Origin: Bigelowiella natans CCMP2755
Taxonomy: Eukaryota; Protista; Cercozoa
Assembly: GCA_000320545.1 (NCBI GenBank)
Contig: ADNK01002498.1
Span: 3,515-67,514 of the forward strand
Direction of reading: 5' to 3'
DNA length: 64,000 nt
Of this stretch, positions 50,334 through 61,649 are shown one piece after another. Each line of letters opens with the position of its first letter. Position 1 is the stretch's first letter. The notes beneath the pieces were generated by a model. The model saw only the letters and a program-made list of their open reading frames with translations. It was not told where the DNA came from and ran no database searches. The translations under genes were made by a program, and so were the position numbers.

Positions 50334-53049
50334 TCTTTCCTCCTTCCCATCCGACCTCTCCCTCCCCTCCTCCTCTTCCTTCTTTGAACGACGACAGTTG
50401 CTCCCAGCCCCTCACCGTTAGGGTGGAAGAAGGCGGCCTCGAATCTCGATCCGCCGCATCAGAGGGGATGCTGCACACCATCGGCGACATCAAGGCTGTG
50501 CATTCGATACAGACACGGCTGCGAAAGGACGGCAAGCCAACCATCTTGTGCTATAGGGGGAAGAAAGTACCAAAAAGGCTCCTCGTAGGGCCACGAACCG
50601 TCGCCATTTACGAGGAAGATGCCTATAGGGCTGGAGGCTGGAGAAGCGATGAAGATGAGGAGGAGGGGGAGGGGGAGGGGGAGGAGGAGGAGGAGAAGGA
50701 GAAGGAGGAGGAGGAGAAGGAGAAGGAGGAGAAGGAGAAGGAGGAGAAGGAGAAGGAGGAGAAGGATAAGAAATCAAAAGCATCATCGTCATCATCACCA
50801 TCGGTAGAAAGAGAAGCAATGACAACAGCATCAGCATCTCAGATAGAGGACTGGCTACTTCTGCTTCGAGACGGGGTGCAGAAGGTGAAGATGCGGGCGG
50901 TGGCTCAAGAGGGAAACTTGCTTCCGATCGTGAAGAACATCAAGAGGGTGCTCTTTGTGCGTTGCATCGTGTGACATCTAGCATACCAACCAACATTGGG
51001 AATATCCTCCTTGTTATTAACATACCTCTCCTCCTATGATCATACTCCCCTTCTTCTTCTTCTTCTTCTTCTTCTTCTTCATCATCATCATCATCGTCAT
51101 CACCCCCCCCCCCCCCCCTCCTCTCCTTAGGTCACGAAATCAATAAAATCGGCAGGATACGACTCCAAGATGCTGGCGAAGATGCATCCTACAGAACGGC
51201 AAAGACTGATGAGGGGCCGCCGCGCGCTGACTCATAATCTCGAAAGTCTGAGCAATGGCCTGGAAGATATGGTTAGGCTTGCTGGAACGATGACATCTGA
51301 TGAGATGGCTAGATGGCTGAATAAGGTAGCAGTAGCAGCAGCGCCGTGGTAGTTTGAGCAGTGGTGGTGGTGGTGGTGTTTGTTGTTGTTGTTGTTGTTG
51401 TTGCACGGTGACGGCAACCATTTGGCACAAGAATAATAATGATGGTGATGATGATGATGATGATGACAACTCGCTGCCGCTATTTTTCTTCTTTAAGCCT
51501 CCTCTATCGTGACGATGCCTATCCATACCATGGCCTCTAGGTGTCGAGCATGAAGTACGGCGCAAAAGCACTCCGTCGAGTCGCCGCAGGAGAGCCGTGT
51601 AAGGGCTCCCTCACCAGTCTGGCTGTTGCCGACGATTTGCTAAAGCGAGTAGAGAGGAGGGAGCAAATAGCGATGGAACGGAAAGGAGATGACGATCAAG
51701 ACGGCGACGACATAGAGCTTGGGGGGCAAGGGGGGGGGGTAAGCATCGTGGGTACAGACAGTGATCCTGCTAATGACAGAAATGCCAGAATCACCGATGG
51801 TAGCAACGACAACGACATCGGTGAAAGCGTCGCCTCCACGACAAGTATTGAGCCGGCAGGCCGCACGGAGACCGAGACCGAAATAGCTGCCGCGGAAGAC
51901 GACGCTGAAAACTTGGATGGTGCCGACAGGATTGTCAAGCTGAAGGAACAGGCACAAATCCGAGCAAGGTTGGTAGGACCATGGAGGAGCTTCATCGACG
52001 GTGTGGGGTCGGCAAAATGCTGGGAAGAGATTAAGGGGGGAGAGCGTATGAGAGAGGTAGTGCAAGCCTATAAACTTCTCCAGCACGAGCAGAGGGAATT
52101 AGAGCGGCAAGAGCGCAAGCGCATGACTGGATCCCGTCGCGCCATCGTCGGGGCAAAGGTCAGGGTGTGCGAAAAGGGTGAGGGGGGGGGTTGTGGCAAG
52201 TCCATCCTCAACGTGATTATACAGACGAACACCGCCGCGCGGGAGGAGAAGGGGAGGGGGGGGGGGGGATTTTCGCGTATTACATAGGACGAATCAACCG
52301 GAGAGACCTCAGGATTCATTATCTTTCTTCCCCCGTTTGCTTTTTTGAAGGTAAAACTGCACCTGCCCACCGGCGAGCACTCGAGCAAACACGGCAATCT
52401 TGGACTCATACTGAACAAGAGGGGAGTTGGAAGCGAGGCGTCTTTTCTAATTCGCCTTTCAAGTGCCGTTGGTCCCCCTGCGTCCGCCAAGAAGATGGAG
52501 CTGCGCCGCCATCAGTTCAAGGTGCTGCCGGATAAGGAGAACCCGGCTACTGCCGTCACCAAGGACTCAAGATATGAGCGACTCCGCTTCGATAGAGAGC
52601 TCACAAGGTAGCTGATTTCCCAGTCAAGCCTAACTTGCTCTGCGATTGTAGAAATAGCTCCGAATTGATAGTGAAAACCAGCGCCGTTGTTTCGCAGCAG
52701 TGGCTTAATTTGCAGCTTCAACCATCGTCCTGCCAATGCTGATCAATCACATCCTTGACGACTCTGTGTAGCGTTGGTGTTGACCATGCTGAAACTGACG
52801 TTCTTCAGACTTAAAGCTTCCCTCACGCCTCTCGACTTGCTGTGCGCTTTCGGGATGCTAGGGAATCTCGTGAGTGTGCAGAGAAGTGAGGCGGCTGTGA
52901 TCAATCCTTGGGCTGTGCAAATCTCTTACGTGTCTCACGACAAAGCAACAACGAATTCGGCGTGTGCTGCGCTGGATCATGGCCTGCCTTTGCATGATCA
53001 GAAAGGTGTTGATGCGTATAAAACCATCTATTGCATAAATACAAATATT

Positions 53050-53085
<36 letters not shown>

Positions 53086-54389
53086 CTGCGAAAAATATAG
53101 AACTGACTAATGCACACGCGGGATGAAAAAGTTATCGTAGCACGGTTTGTGTTGTTTTTCTACTACAATCGAGAGGATGAGCAGAAGCAGCTGCGACACG
53201 ATAGTGCGATGTCGGATTTTCAAACTGAATTCACTTCAACAAACAACTCAGGCGTACGTGCGGCCGATGTCCTTGTGCTTGCGAATCCAAGAAACCCAGA
53301 GCCTTACCTGCAATTCGTCGGGTCGAGGCTACACGATCTATATCTTTCGTTAGTCTTTACGCGCTCTTTGGATATCTCTCTTCCCGCACAAAGGACAGCC
53401 CTGTTGATGGTTGCGTTGGCACGCTCCCTAGAGCAGCTCCTTCCGCCACCAAGAGCACCTGCGCGCTCGCGGTCCCCTTCCCCAGCCAATAAGAAAAGTA
53501 AGAGAAGCGGCAGCAGGTTTCCTTCACTTCCTTTAACCATCATCATCATCATCATCGTCGTCGTTGTCGTCATTATCATCATCAATGTTTAGTACCATTA
53601 CTTGAGTATTTTATCAACCGCTGGTTAGCCTCGCCATTAACAATCGATACGGTGGTTAGGCGTGGGTCACGTAGCCCTTCTCGTGACAACCGAAGGAAGA
53701 ATAGCATCGGTAGCGGTGCAACACTTGACATCGAATTTGTCGTCGACAAAGACGCCAAGCTGAGTCCTGGTACTGATCGGTACCGGCAGATAGAGACAGC
53801 TCTTCAGATTCTTTACACTCTCCGCCGCCGTCTCCTCAACGAACGCACGCGGAGGGAACACTCGAAAGCGCCGTCGAGGAAGGCTATGAAGCATAGTAGC
53901 CGGAAGAAGAATGCGGCCGACGTGGCTCTCAATGAGGAGAAGCGAACGCCAGCGTACTGGCGAGGAATCATCGAGAAACTTTCAGGTGCTCATCCGGAGC
54001 GGCACTTGACGGAGACGAAAGAGGATGATATTGCCTCGGTCGTGAAGCCCCTCGGCGCTCTTTTGTGTTTGAACCAGGGCATTAGCTTATTCAGAAGGAC
54101 TCGGGCGAGTAGTACTAGCGAGGAGATGGATGATGGCGACAATGCTGCTCCGACCGAGGGTCCTGAAGAAGGAGCCGGGCAGCAATACCACCACATAAAC
54201 CCGAATGTTCGCAAGTTAGCTCTTGCTCTGCTCGCCGAGTCTACATCCAGAGAAGCACGTGTGTTTGTAAAGTCAAAAATAAAGGCCTTTGAAGAAGCTA
54301 AGAAAGAAGAAGAGGCGAAGAAGGCGAAAAGGGCAGCTGCAGATACGAAAAAACAGTCGGGAAAACTTCAGGCGGATGGTCTGAATCTG

Positions 54390-54429
<40 letters not shown>

Positions 54430-55553
54430 CTGTCTCTCTCTTCCTCTCTCGCCTGAAATTTCAGTGTAGGTTGTGCGTGCGTGTGTGCGTGTGTGCGTGT
54501 GTGCTGTGCCTGAGCTGATTAACCAGTAACAATGTCCTCTCTCCATCACGATATTATTGTTGTTTTTGTTGCTGTTGTTGCTTCGATCTATTCATTTTAT
54601 CTCCTCTCACAGAGGATTTCGAGGGCGACCCAACTTTAGGCCTCGCGCCCTCCCACGCCGCGGCACACCACGTAATAGTGTAATCCATAGCAGAGTGCAC
54701 ATGCGGCGAAGCGCAGGCGTGCCACTTTCATATGGCGTTATCACCAAGTGTTTCTATATCTGAGAGTTAAGAGAAATGAAGAGGTACTGTTACGATGACT
54801 GTTTATTGATAATTACTAGATTCTAATCCGAGCGCTTGGCATTTCCTTGTCATCGTGCACGGCCCCCAAAGCTGATGGCGAGGCGGAGCCCAATGCAGCG
54901 GACCTTGTTCATTCGCCCGCTTTCGACGACGAGAAGGCTTTGAGGCACGCGAAGCGATTCTTCTCCAGCAAAGGAGGCTGGACGAATTGCTCCGTTCGCT
55001 CCGTCCTCGCGTCGCTTACATTTGCACAGGCGTTGACTGACTTTCTGTCTAGAGGCGGCGACGGGGAAGAGGGGGGGGACACGGCAGTGCCAGGTGCGAG
55101 TTGCGACAACGCCAACAGGAACAACCTCCTCATAGTCCTCGACCGCATCCTTGAAAAAGGCTCAGCCGGTGATCACGATGCGCTAGTTCAGTACTTGCAT
55201 CGATGCATGGCTGGAGCGAAACTTGGACGATTCGTCCGGTCGCTGGCCCCCGGACACAGCGCCAAGGATGTGCAGACGGCACTCTTTGCGCAGGGCGTGT
55301 TCGCACACGACTCCGGGGCACGAAAAGACGGAAATCTCCCGACGCTTACAGATCCGAGGAAGGTCGTGTAAGTGTCTGATGATGAGGATGGGAGGGAGGG
55401 AGGGAGAGAGGGCTCATTGGTGGTGGACCCTATTGTTCGTTGTAATATGTGCATGAATATGATGGCTCGACGGGGAATATTACAACCATACATGCTCTCC
55501 TAGCTATAATCTGTTCAAGGTTATCGGCCTGGTGCACATTCCGTCATCACGCA

Positions 55554-55594
<41 letters not shown>

Positions 55595-56356
55595 GCATTT
55601 CGTCAACACGATCAGGCGGTGGAGGCCATCTCGCAGACCCTCCGATCCCGCGTCTATAATGCCCGCTTGCGCAAGAAGATCGCGAGGGAGAAGGCTATTC
55701 TAGACAACGCCAAGAAATCGTCACGTGTGAAGAGGCTAAAGATACGTCAATCTACTTTCCTACATAATCACCGCGGTCTGCCAACACTCTTTTCCCACTC
55801 CGAGCTCGATGCGCTGACCACCAAGCTCAAGGCCCGTTACGACGACAACAAGGCCAAGGATGATAAGCGAAGGGATGAAGACAATGCAAAAGCAGTAGCA
55901 GCGATGACCATGAACACTTTGGATGGTGTCGAAGATAAAGGAGACAAATATGCGCGTGTAGTAAGCTCCTTCGTCCCTCCTTCCCTAACAGGAAGCGGCC
56001 TGCTGCGACATCGATGTGCATGGCGGACGTGCCCCTTCTACCTACAGTCGTTCGCGACGAAGGAAGATCTTATTCACGGCACACGTGTTGGGTTGTTTCG
56101 CCACCTTGCGCCTCTTCGACACCCCAAACGGCTCTACGTCGGCGGGCTTCACCTTGTTGCCAAGTCGTCCTTTTTGAGACACAAAGGGAGAGAGGCCCCT
56201 TTCAAAAGAGAAATGCTCGAGTACATTCTCACACAGGGCGATAGGGATGTGACCAAAAAGGAGCGGCAAGCTCTGGTCGAGATTCTATATAATGATCTGA
56301 AGTCTAAGGCTGATAGGGGAGACGAAACTTTAGAAAGTAAGCTACGCACACAATAG
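43650..56356 (+). CDS. Very large multi-exon protein: PARP-like ADP-ribosyltransferase + vWA + uncharacterised C-terminal Cys/His region (start approximate)
   Basis: Spliced ART motifs AFHGTSSR|INVDSIAENG...STGSAFGEG|IYTT...AASYG|...LVLPG...GFHSH...VTVIFESRQFLPLFLV (~46490-47470). vWA MIDAS IVYAIDKSQSM, GTALMEG, VVLSDG (~48270-49940). C-terminal HRGLPTLF...GLLRHRCAWRTCPFYL...GLFRHL. All exons on +; junctions checked for the ART region only. Confidence 0.75.
47033..47150. repeat. Compound (CAC)n/(CAT)n/(CAG)n trinucleotide tract in an intron; representative of many intronic (CA)n, (TA)n, (GA)n, (CTT)n microsatellites
   Basis: Directly visible; others at about 463-495, 1195-1281, 14192-14270, 25400-25435, 26885-26990, 41549-41613, 43416-43502. 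Confidence 0.95.
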
Positions 56357-56662
56357 GGAAAAGAATTGAATCCATACCAAAGGCTGCTTCCGAGGAGAAA
56401 AACAAATGATGTTCGCCGTAGATGAGCTTTAATATGGCTAATCTGCCGAATACCTACATAGAGATAGTCGTGGAAAACACCGCTTAGCATGCATGCTAGC
56501 ATGCGACGAGCGATTTGATATGCAATATCATTTTTTCTCCGAACTTTTCAAAATAATCATGCAGAAAGCGATTGTTTTGTCCGGTACATGCGCGTAAGTG
56601 ATTTTGGGACGTGAGCCAGGACATCCCGCATGGAAGGAAACCCTCTGCTTCCATGCACGCGT

Positions 56663-57020
56663 TGTCAGCGGTCTGGCCGCGCCACCCACGATCAAGGAGC
56701 TGTCGCAGCATGCGCACGTCCACTCGTGCTGCACGCTGCGCTGCGCACATGCGCATGGAAGTTCTCAGAACTTCCAGAATCTTCGAGAACATTCCGGAAG
56801 CTTCGAGAACCTTCCAGAAACACTCGAGAGAATTCGAGAGAATTCTGGAAGATTCGAGAATCTTCGCGAATGCGCCGGAACCCAATGCGCACATGCGTGC
56901 AGCGCAAGTCACAAGTCATCATCAGAATCCAAAAGCACACGAGACCGCGTGTTGACTTTCCAACATCAACAGCACAGTCCCGCGCACAAAAGCCAAACAG
57001 CTACCGCTAGTCCGCTAAAA
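56663..57020 (+). repeat. Copia 5' LTR (358 bp, TG...AA)
   Basis: Direct repeat of 63404-63761; starts TGTCAGCGG, ends CCGCTAAAA immediately before the PBS. Confidence 0.95.
56771..56871. promoter_or_regulatory. Heat-shock element (nTTCnnGAAn) arrays in the copia LTR
   Basis: Five perfect consecutive nTTCnnGAAn decamers at 56771-56820 and three at 56842-56871; duplicated at 63512-63561 and 63583-63612. Confidence 0.8.
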
Positions 57021-57031
57021 GGTTATGAGCC
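57021..57031 (+). other. Copia PBS complementary to the initiator tRNA-Met anticodon stem-loop
   Basis: GGTTATGAGCC is the reverse complement of GGCUCAUAACC, the internal priming mode of Drosophila copia/Ty5-type elements. Confidence 0.85.
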
Positions 57032-57206
57032 TCAAGAGGACTTGCTAGAGAACCAACAAAGAAAAGAACCAAGCAAACCCCCCACCCCCCCCCTTCAGCT
57101 ACATCCTTCCAGAAGAAGGAACTGAAAGCGACAACAGCATTCCCTCAGCCAATCTTCGGTCAAGCCTCCAAAGCACTGAAAACAAAGAAAACAGGAACGA
57201 AACAAC

Positions 57207-60200
57207 ATGTCAGAAAAGCAGATAGACTCCCTGCTGAAAAACTTCACCCTCAAGTACGATGGTAGCAACTACAAGCCCTACATGTACAAGCTAATGTCCG
57301 CCTTTGAAGCAGCGGATTTGGAATCATGCTTCAATGTCAACATAGAAACAGAAGGAAAGGTGACAGAAGTCAATGTACGCACCGACCCCGCTCACCGACG
57401 AGAAGTACTCAAGCTCTCTCAGGAGCAATTCGACATCCTCAACCCTAAACCCGAAGGAAGAGGATCACAAGAAAAGATAAACAAAAGAAAGAGAGGAAGA
57501 TTCTTCCTCACTGCTACCCTTCCTGATAAATTCTTCGATCTACTCGAAGGAAAACCCAAAGACGTAGCAGTTACCTTAGCAGCCTTGCTGGAGAAGTACG
57601 AGCCTACCAATCCTGTAGCCGTCAGGAAACTTTATTCGAAGCTAAGTGATATAAACATGGGTCAGTACAATGGAGACTTCACGAAGTATCATTCTGACCT
57701 TGACTCGACGATCAGAAGACTTCGAGCACAGCACGAAGGATACTCCGACAATCAAGCTCTTACCACTCTACTTCGAGGACTTGTACCTAGAGAAAAATAC
57801 GAGACTATAGTAACAGTCATTAACAACAAGAAAGATGTTACCTTCGACTCTGCAGTGGACATGATCCGCTCCCACATGAACTCCCGATCGTTAGATGACG
57901 GGCAGAAACCTTCAAAGAAACATGCAGGACACACCAGTGCAGAACACAAATACGTGAAGATGTACGATGGCTTGGAGAAAAGGCTAAATGAACTTACGGG
58001 TCAGCTGAAGACCTACAAGAGGAAATTCAACAAAGGAAAGAACAGATACAACAGCGAAGCATATCAAGACAATTCCAAGAAGCAAAAGAGAGAAGACTAT
58101 TTCTTGAACTTAAAGAAAAGAACAAAATGCCATTACTGTGGCAAGAAAGGACATTGGGAAAAGGAATGCAGAAACAAGATGAGAGACGAAGGCAAGCAGA
58201 ACAAAGGAAAACACTATTCTTTTATAGATCATGGCTCCCCTTCCCAAAGACCCTCTTACATTAATAAGATGGCACGCGACAATTCTTACCTGCACACGCT
58301 GAAGTACAACCATAAGCCTTTGATCCTTCTCGACAGCGGAGCCAACAACCACTTCTTCTGCGACCGCGACTTCTTCAACGAGTTGAAACCTATTCAACCA
58401 CGATACATAGAAGTTGGCAAAGATGGGACAGGATTCTTTGTGGATTATGCAGGCGACGTCGAACTAACTACGAAAAACAAGCAAGGAAAGATGCATAAAA
58501 TTGTTCTACAAGGAGCTTTGTACTCTGAAGAAGCTGCAGGCAATGTGATTTCTCTAAACAGACTAGTTAAGAGTGGCAGCGAGTACAAAGGAACAAAACA
58601 AGGAATAAGCATTACCGCCAACGGAGAGGAATACGCGTTCGGGGACTTTCAAGACGACGGCCTATTTTATTTGAGATATAAACAAATAAACAAAAGTACA
58701 AAAACACAAAGATTTAAATCCTACCCAATGAAACAGCCATCTTCAATCAAGCACGCACATAACATCCTAGGGCACATCGCAGCGGATAAGATAAGAGACA
58801 CCTATGCAGTTACAGAAGGTTTACCTTATTCCAAGACGATAAAAATACCAAAGAAGATCTTTTGCAAGGCCTGTGATGTAGCCAAAACAAAAAGATCTCC
58901 GATCTTTGATCCAAGCGCCCAAGAAAGGATGAAACAGCATCGGAATAAAGCAAAGATTGAGGACGATGCTGTCAAAAAGAAGCAAAAATGTGTACCTGTT
59001 ATCCACAAGAAAAACCGGATGTGGAATAGAATTCACTCTGATGTAAAGACCATGCCTAACAGCATGGATGGTTACAAGTATTTCGTAATATTCGTACATG
59101 AAGGAACAAGGTGGGTTACCTTGGAGCTTATGAGAAAGAAAAGCGAAGTTACGCAGAAAACCATACAGTTCCTAAAGCACATCAGAAAGCTTCCAGGTTG
59201 TGGAAGCATAGACGAATTCAGATCGGATGGTGGAGGTGAATATATGAGCGCAAAGCTACATAGCTGGCTCACCTCCGAAGGAATAAAATGGGTTCCTAGC
59301 ACCGCCCGAACACCTGAGCAAAATGGAATGTCCGAGCGTCACATACAGACTATCATGGCGAAAACAAGAGCTATGTTAGAACATGCACGCTTACCGGTCG
59401 GATACTGGTCCTACGCAGCTCAGACTGCAGCATATCTCCACAACGTCACCTCACATCGCAGCACACCTGGTAGAAAAACGCCTAAAGAACTACTGCACCA
59501 TGAGCAACCAAATCTAAAGAATCTAACTACCTGGGGATGCATCGGAGTAAACCACATCGACAAGGAACTCCGACCTGCAGGTGGTATGGGTGCTAGAGGT
59601 GAATACGTACGTATGTTGGGATATGACGATAGATTTGGTACTTTTCTCGTCGCCACGAAGACGCTGAAAATTAGAAGAGTCCGTGTAACTAAATGGTACC
59701 ACACAGTGTTTAAGTTTCCTTCGCTGAAGAGAAACAAAGTTAGTGATTCGGCTTTGGCGTACCTTTATCCAGAAGGTCCTGCCGACGCGGACGCCCCCGA
59801 ACCATCCAGTGCAACTGACGAGTTGCCAGAGGATGGTGGGCCTGAAACAAAAGCAAAAAGTAAACCTCGAAGGTCGAATAGAGAAAATAGGGGAGTACCT
59901 GGTATTCGTTACGGAATACTTGGTAGCTATTACGACCGCCTGATGAACATAAAAGCTCCATCAGTACAAGAGATCGAGGACCTTCCTAAGACGTATGACG
60001 ATGCAATCACAGGAGATGATAAGAAGCATTGGATACCTTCTACGGAAGAGGAACTGCACCAGCTTCGAAAACTTGGAACGTTTACGCTGGTAGTGCGACC
60101 TAAGGATACAAATTTAGTTACATCTAAATGGGTATTCAAGAAGAAAATAAATGTAGACTATACCATTCGGTATAAGTCAAGGCTGGTCGCGCGAGGGTTC

Positions 60201-61649
60201 ACGCAGATCCCGGGAGAAGACTTCTTCTTCTCTTATTCCCCGACGTTGTCCCTAAATAGTTTTCGGATAATGTTAGCCATAGCATCTATCCTCAAGCTAA
60301 AACTACACGGGATAGATATACTTACAGCTTTCCTAACTGGAAAGATGGACTGTAAAGTACACATGGAAATACCTAAAGGGTGGAAGCCGAAGACACCTGA
60401 GGAAATCCGGCTATACAACAGTGGCCTTCCACTAGCCCTACTGGTAAACAAAAGCATTTATGGGCTGACACAAGCAAGTGCAATATTCAGCCTTACCTTG
60501 CTCGAGCATCTCAACGCCATTGGCTTCGTCCAGCTTTATTCCGATCCTTGCCTAATGATAATGCACAGACAAGGAAGAATCATCATATTGTCATGTTTCG
60601 TGGATGACATATGCATAGCATATCAAGATAAGAGAGACCTGGACTTTGTCATGAAGCGAATAGGCGACAAGTTTGAGTTTCGCGATGAAGGCGAGCTAAA
60701 GAAAACACTGGGCATAAGAGTTGGTAGCGACAATGAGGGAAACTATTGGATATCGCAGGAAGACTACCTCACCAGACTCGCCCAGAAGTATGATATCACG
60801 CCTACGAAAAGAGCAAAAACACCAATGATAACAGGATCGAAGTTAGACGAATACGAGGAGCATGATAAGGTGGATCAAAAGGCATACAGATCCATCATAG
60901 GAGCTGCAATGTATGCAGCTGTGGCTACTAGACCAGACATATGCTACACTCTATCTCGTCTAGCTTCCTACAGTCAAGATCCTAGAACTATACACTACAT
61001 CGCTGCAGTACGCTTACTGCAGTATCTGGTCAATACAAAGGATAAAAGAATTACCTTTAAAGCAGCGTCCAAACCTGAGCTTAAAGCTTACGTCGATGCC
61101 TCCTGGAAAACCTGCAAGAAAACGGGTAAATCATACTCAGGATATTTCATATCGCTAAGCAACGCACCTGTTGTCTGGAAGAGCAACAAGCAAAAGGTCG
61201 TTGCTATGTCCAGTGGCGAGGCTGAGTACATAGCACTATCAGATATATGCAGAGAGTTAGTGTATGTCACTCAGTTACTACAGGAGTTAAAGATGAAGAT
61301 ACCGAAACCTGTACCTGTGTATTGTGACTCTCAAGCAGCTATCTCCATTGCAGCCAAGCCTGGATTCACACAAAAAGGCAAGAACATAAGGATAGAATAT
61401 CACAATGTTCGTGATAACTATCAAACTAAGCAGATCTGCATAAACAAAATACCTGGGGAGGACAATCCCGCTGATATACTTACTAAGGCTCTACCAGGAC
61501 CTAGCAACAAGAAACACTGTGATTTCTTGTTCCCTATATCATACAGAGAAAAACTAACCATCATGCTACAAGGCACCAGAAAAAGAAAAATAACTACAAA
61601 GACTCTACCTTACAAGCTCCCTCGCCTTGTCGGCCCCACGTCCGCTTAG
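57207..61649 (+). CDS. Copia Gag-Pol polyprotein (1480 aa)
   Basis: Zn knuckle CHYCGKKGHWEKEC; PR LLDSGANNHF; pre-IN HNILGH...CKAC; IN IHSDV/RSDGGGEY/NGMSER; RT KSRLVARGFTQ...KSIYGLTQ...FVDD; RH YVDASW...EAEY...CDSQAA...ADILTK. Confidence 0.97.
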   Translation: MSEKQIDSLLKNFTLKYDGSNYKPYMYKLMSAFEAADLESCFNVNIETEGKVTEVNVRTDPAHRREVLKLSQEQFDILNPKPEGRGSQEKINKRKRGRFFLTATLPDKFFDLLEGKPKDVAVTLAALLEKYEPTNPVAVRKLYSKLSDINMGQYNGDFTKYHSDLDSTIRRLRAQHEGYSDNQALTTLLRGLVPREKYETIVTVINNKKDVTFDSAVDMIRSHMNSRSLDDGQKPSKKHAGHTSAEHKYVKMYDGLEKRLNELTGQLKTYKRKFNKGKNRYNSEAYQDNSKKQKREDYFLNLKKRTKCHYCGKKGHWEKECRNKMRDEGKQNKGKHYSFIDHGSPSQRPSYINKMARDNSYLHTLKYNHKPLILLDSGANNHFFCDRDFFNELKPIQPRYIEVGKDGTGFFVDYAGDVELTTKNKQGKMHKIVLQGALYSEEAAGNVISLNRLVKSGSEYKGTKQGISITANGEEYAFGDFQDDGLFYLRYKQINKSTKTQRFKSYPMKQPSSIKHAHNILGHIAADKIRDTYAVTEGLPYSKTIKIPKKIFCKACDVAKTKRSPIFDPSAQERMKQHRNKAKIEDDAVKKKQKCVPVIHKKNRMWNRIHSDVKTMPNSMDGYKYFVIFVHEGTRWVTLELMRKKSEVTQKTIQFLKHIRKLPGCGSIDEFRSDGGGEYMSAKLHSWLTSEGIKWVPSTARTPEQNGMSERHIQTIMAKTRAMLEHARLPVGYWSYAAQTAAYLHNVTSHRSTPGRKTPKELLHHEQPNLKNLTTWGCIGVNHIDKELRPAGGMGARGEYVRMLGYDDRFGTFLVATKTLKIRRVRVTKWYHTVFKFPSLKRNKVSDSALAYLYPEGPADADAPEPSSATDELPEDGGPETKAKSKPRRSNRENRGVPGIRYGILGSYYDRLMNIKAPSVQEIEDLPKTYDDAITGDDKKHWIPSTEEELHQLRKLGTFTLVVRPKDTNLVTSKWVFKKKINVDYTIRYKSRLVARGFTQIPGEDFFFSYSPTLSLNSFRIMLAIASILKLKLHGIDILTAFLTGKMDCKVHMEIPKGWKPKTPEEIRLYNSGLPLALLVNKSIYGLTQASAIFSLTLLEHLNAIGFVQLYSDPCLMIMHRQGRIIILSCFVDDICIAYQDKRDLDFVMKRIGDKFEFRDEGELKKTLGIRVGSDNEGNYWISQEDYLTRLAQKYDITPTKRAKTPMITGSKLDEYEEHDKVDQKAYRSIIGAAMYAAVATRPDICYTLSRLASYSQDPRTIHYIAAVRLLQYLVNTKDKRITFKAASKPELKAYVDASWKTCKKTGKSYSGYFISLSNAPVVWKSNKQKVVAMSSGEAEYIALSDICRELVYVTQLLQELKMKIPKPVPVYCDSQAAISIAAKPGFTQKGKNIRIEYHNVRDNYQTKQICINKIPGEDNPADILTKALPGPSNKKHCDFLFPISYREKLTIMLQGTRKRKITTKTLPYKLPRLVGPTSA

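Noticed and set aside
56756-56875. CRISPR-like or satellite array
   Set aside because: 10-bp periodic TTC/GAA pattern with no unique spacers; fits HSEs in a eukaryotic LTR.
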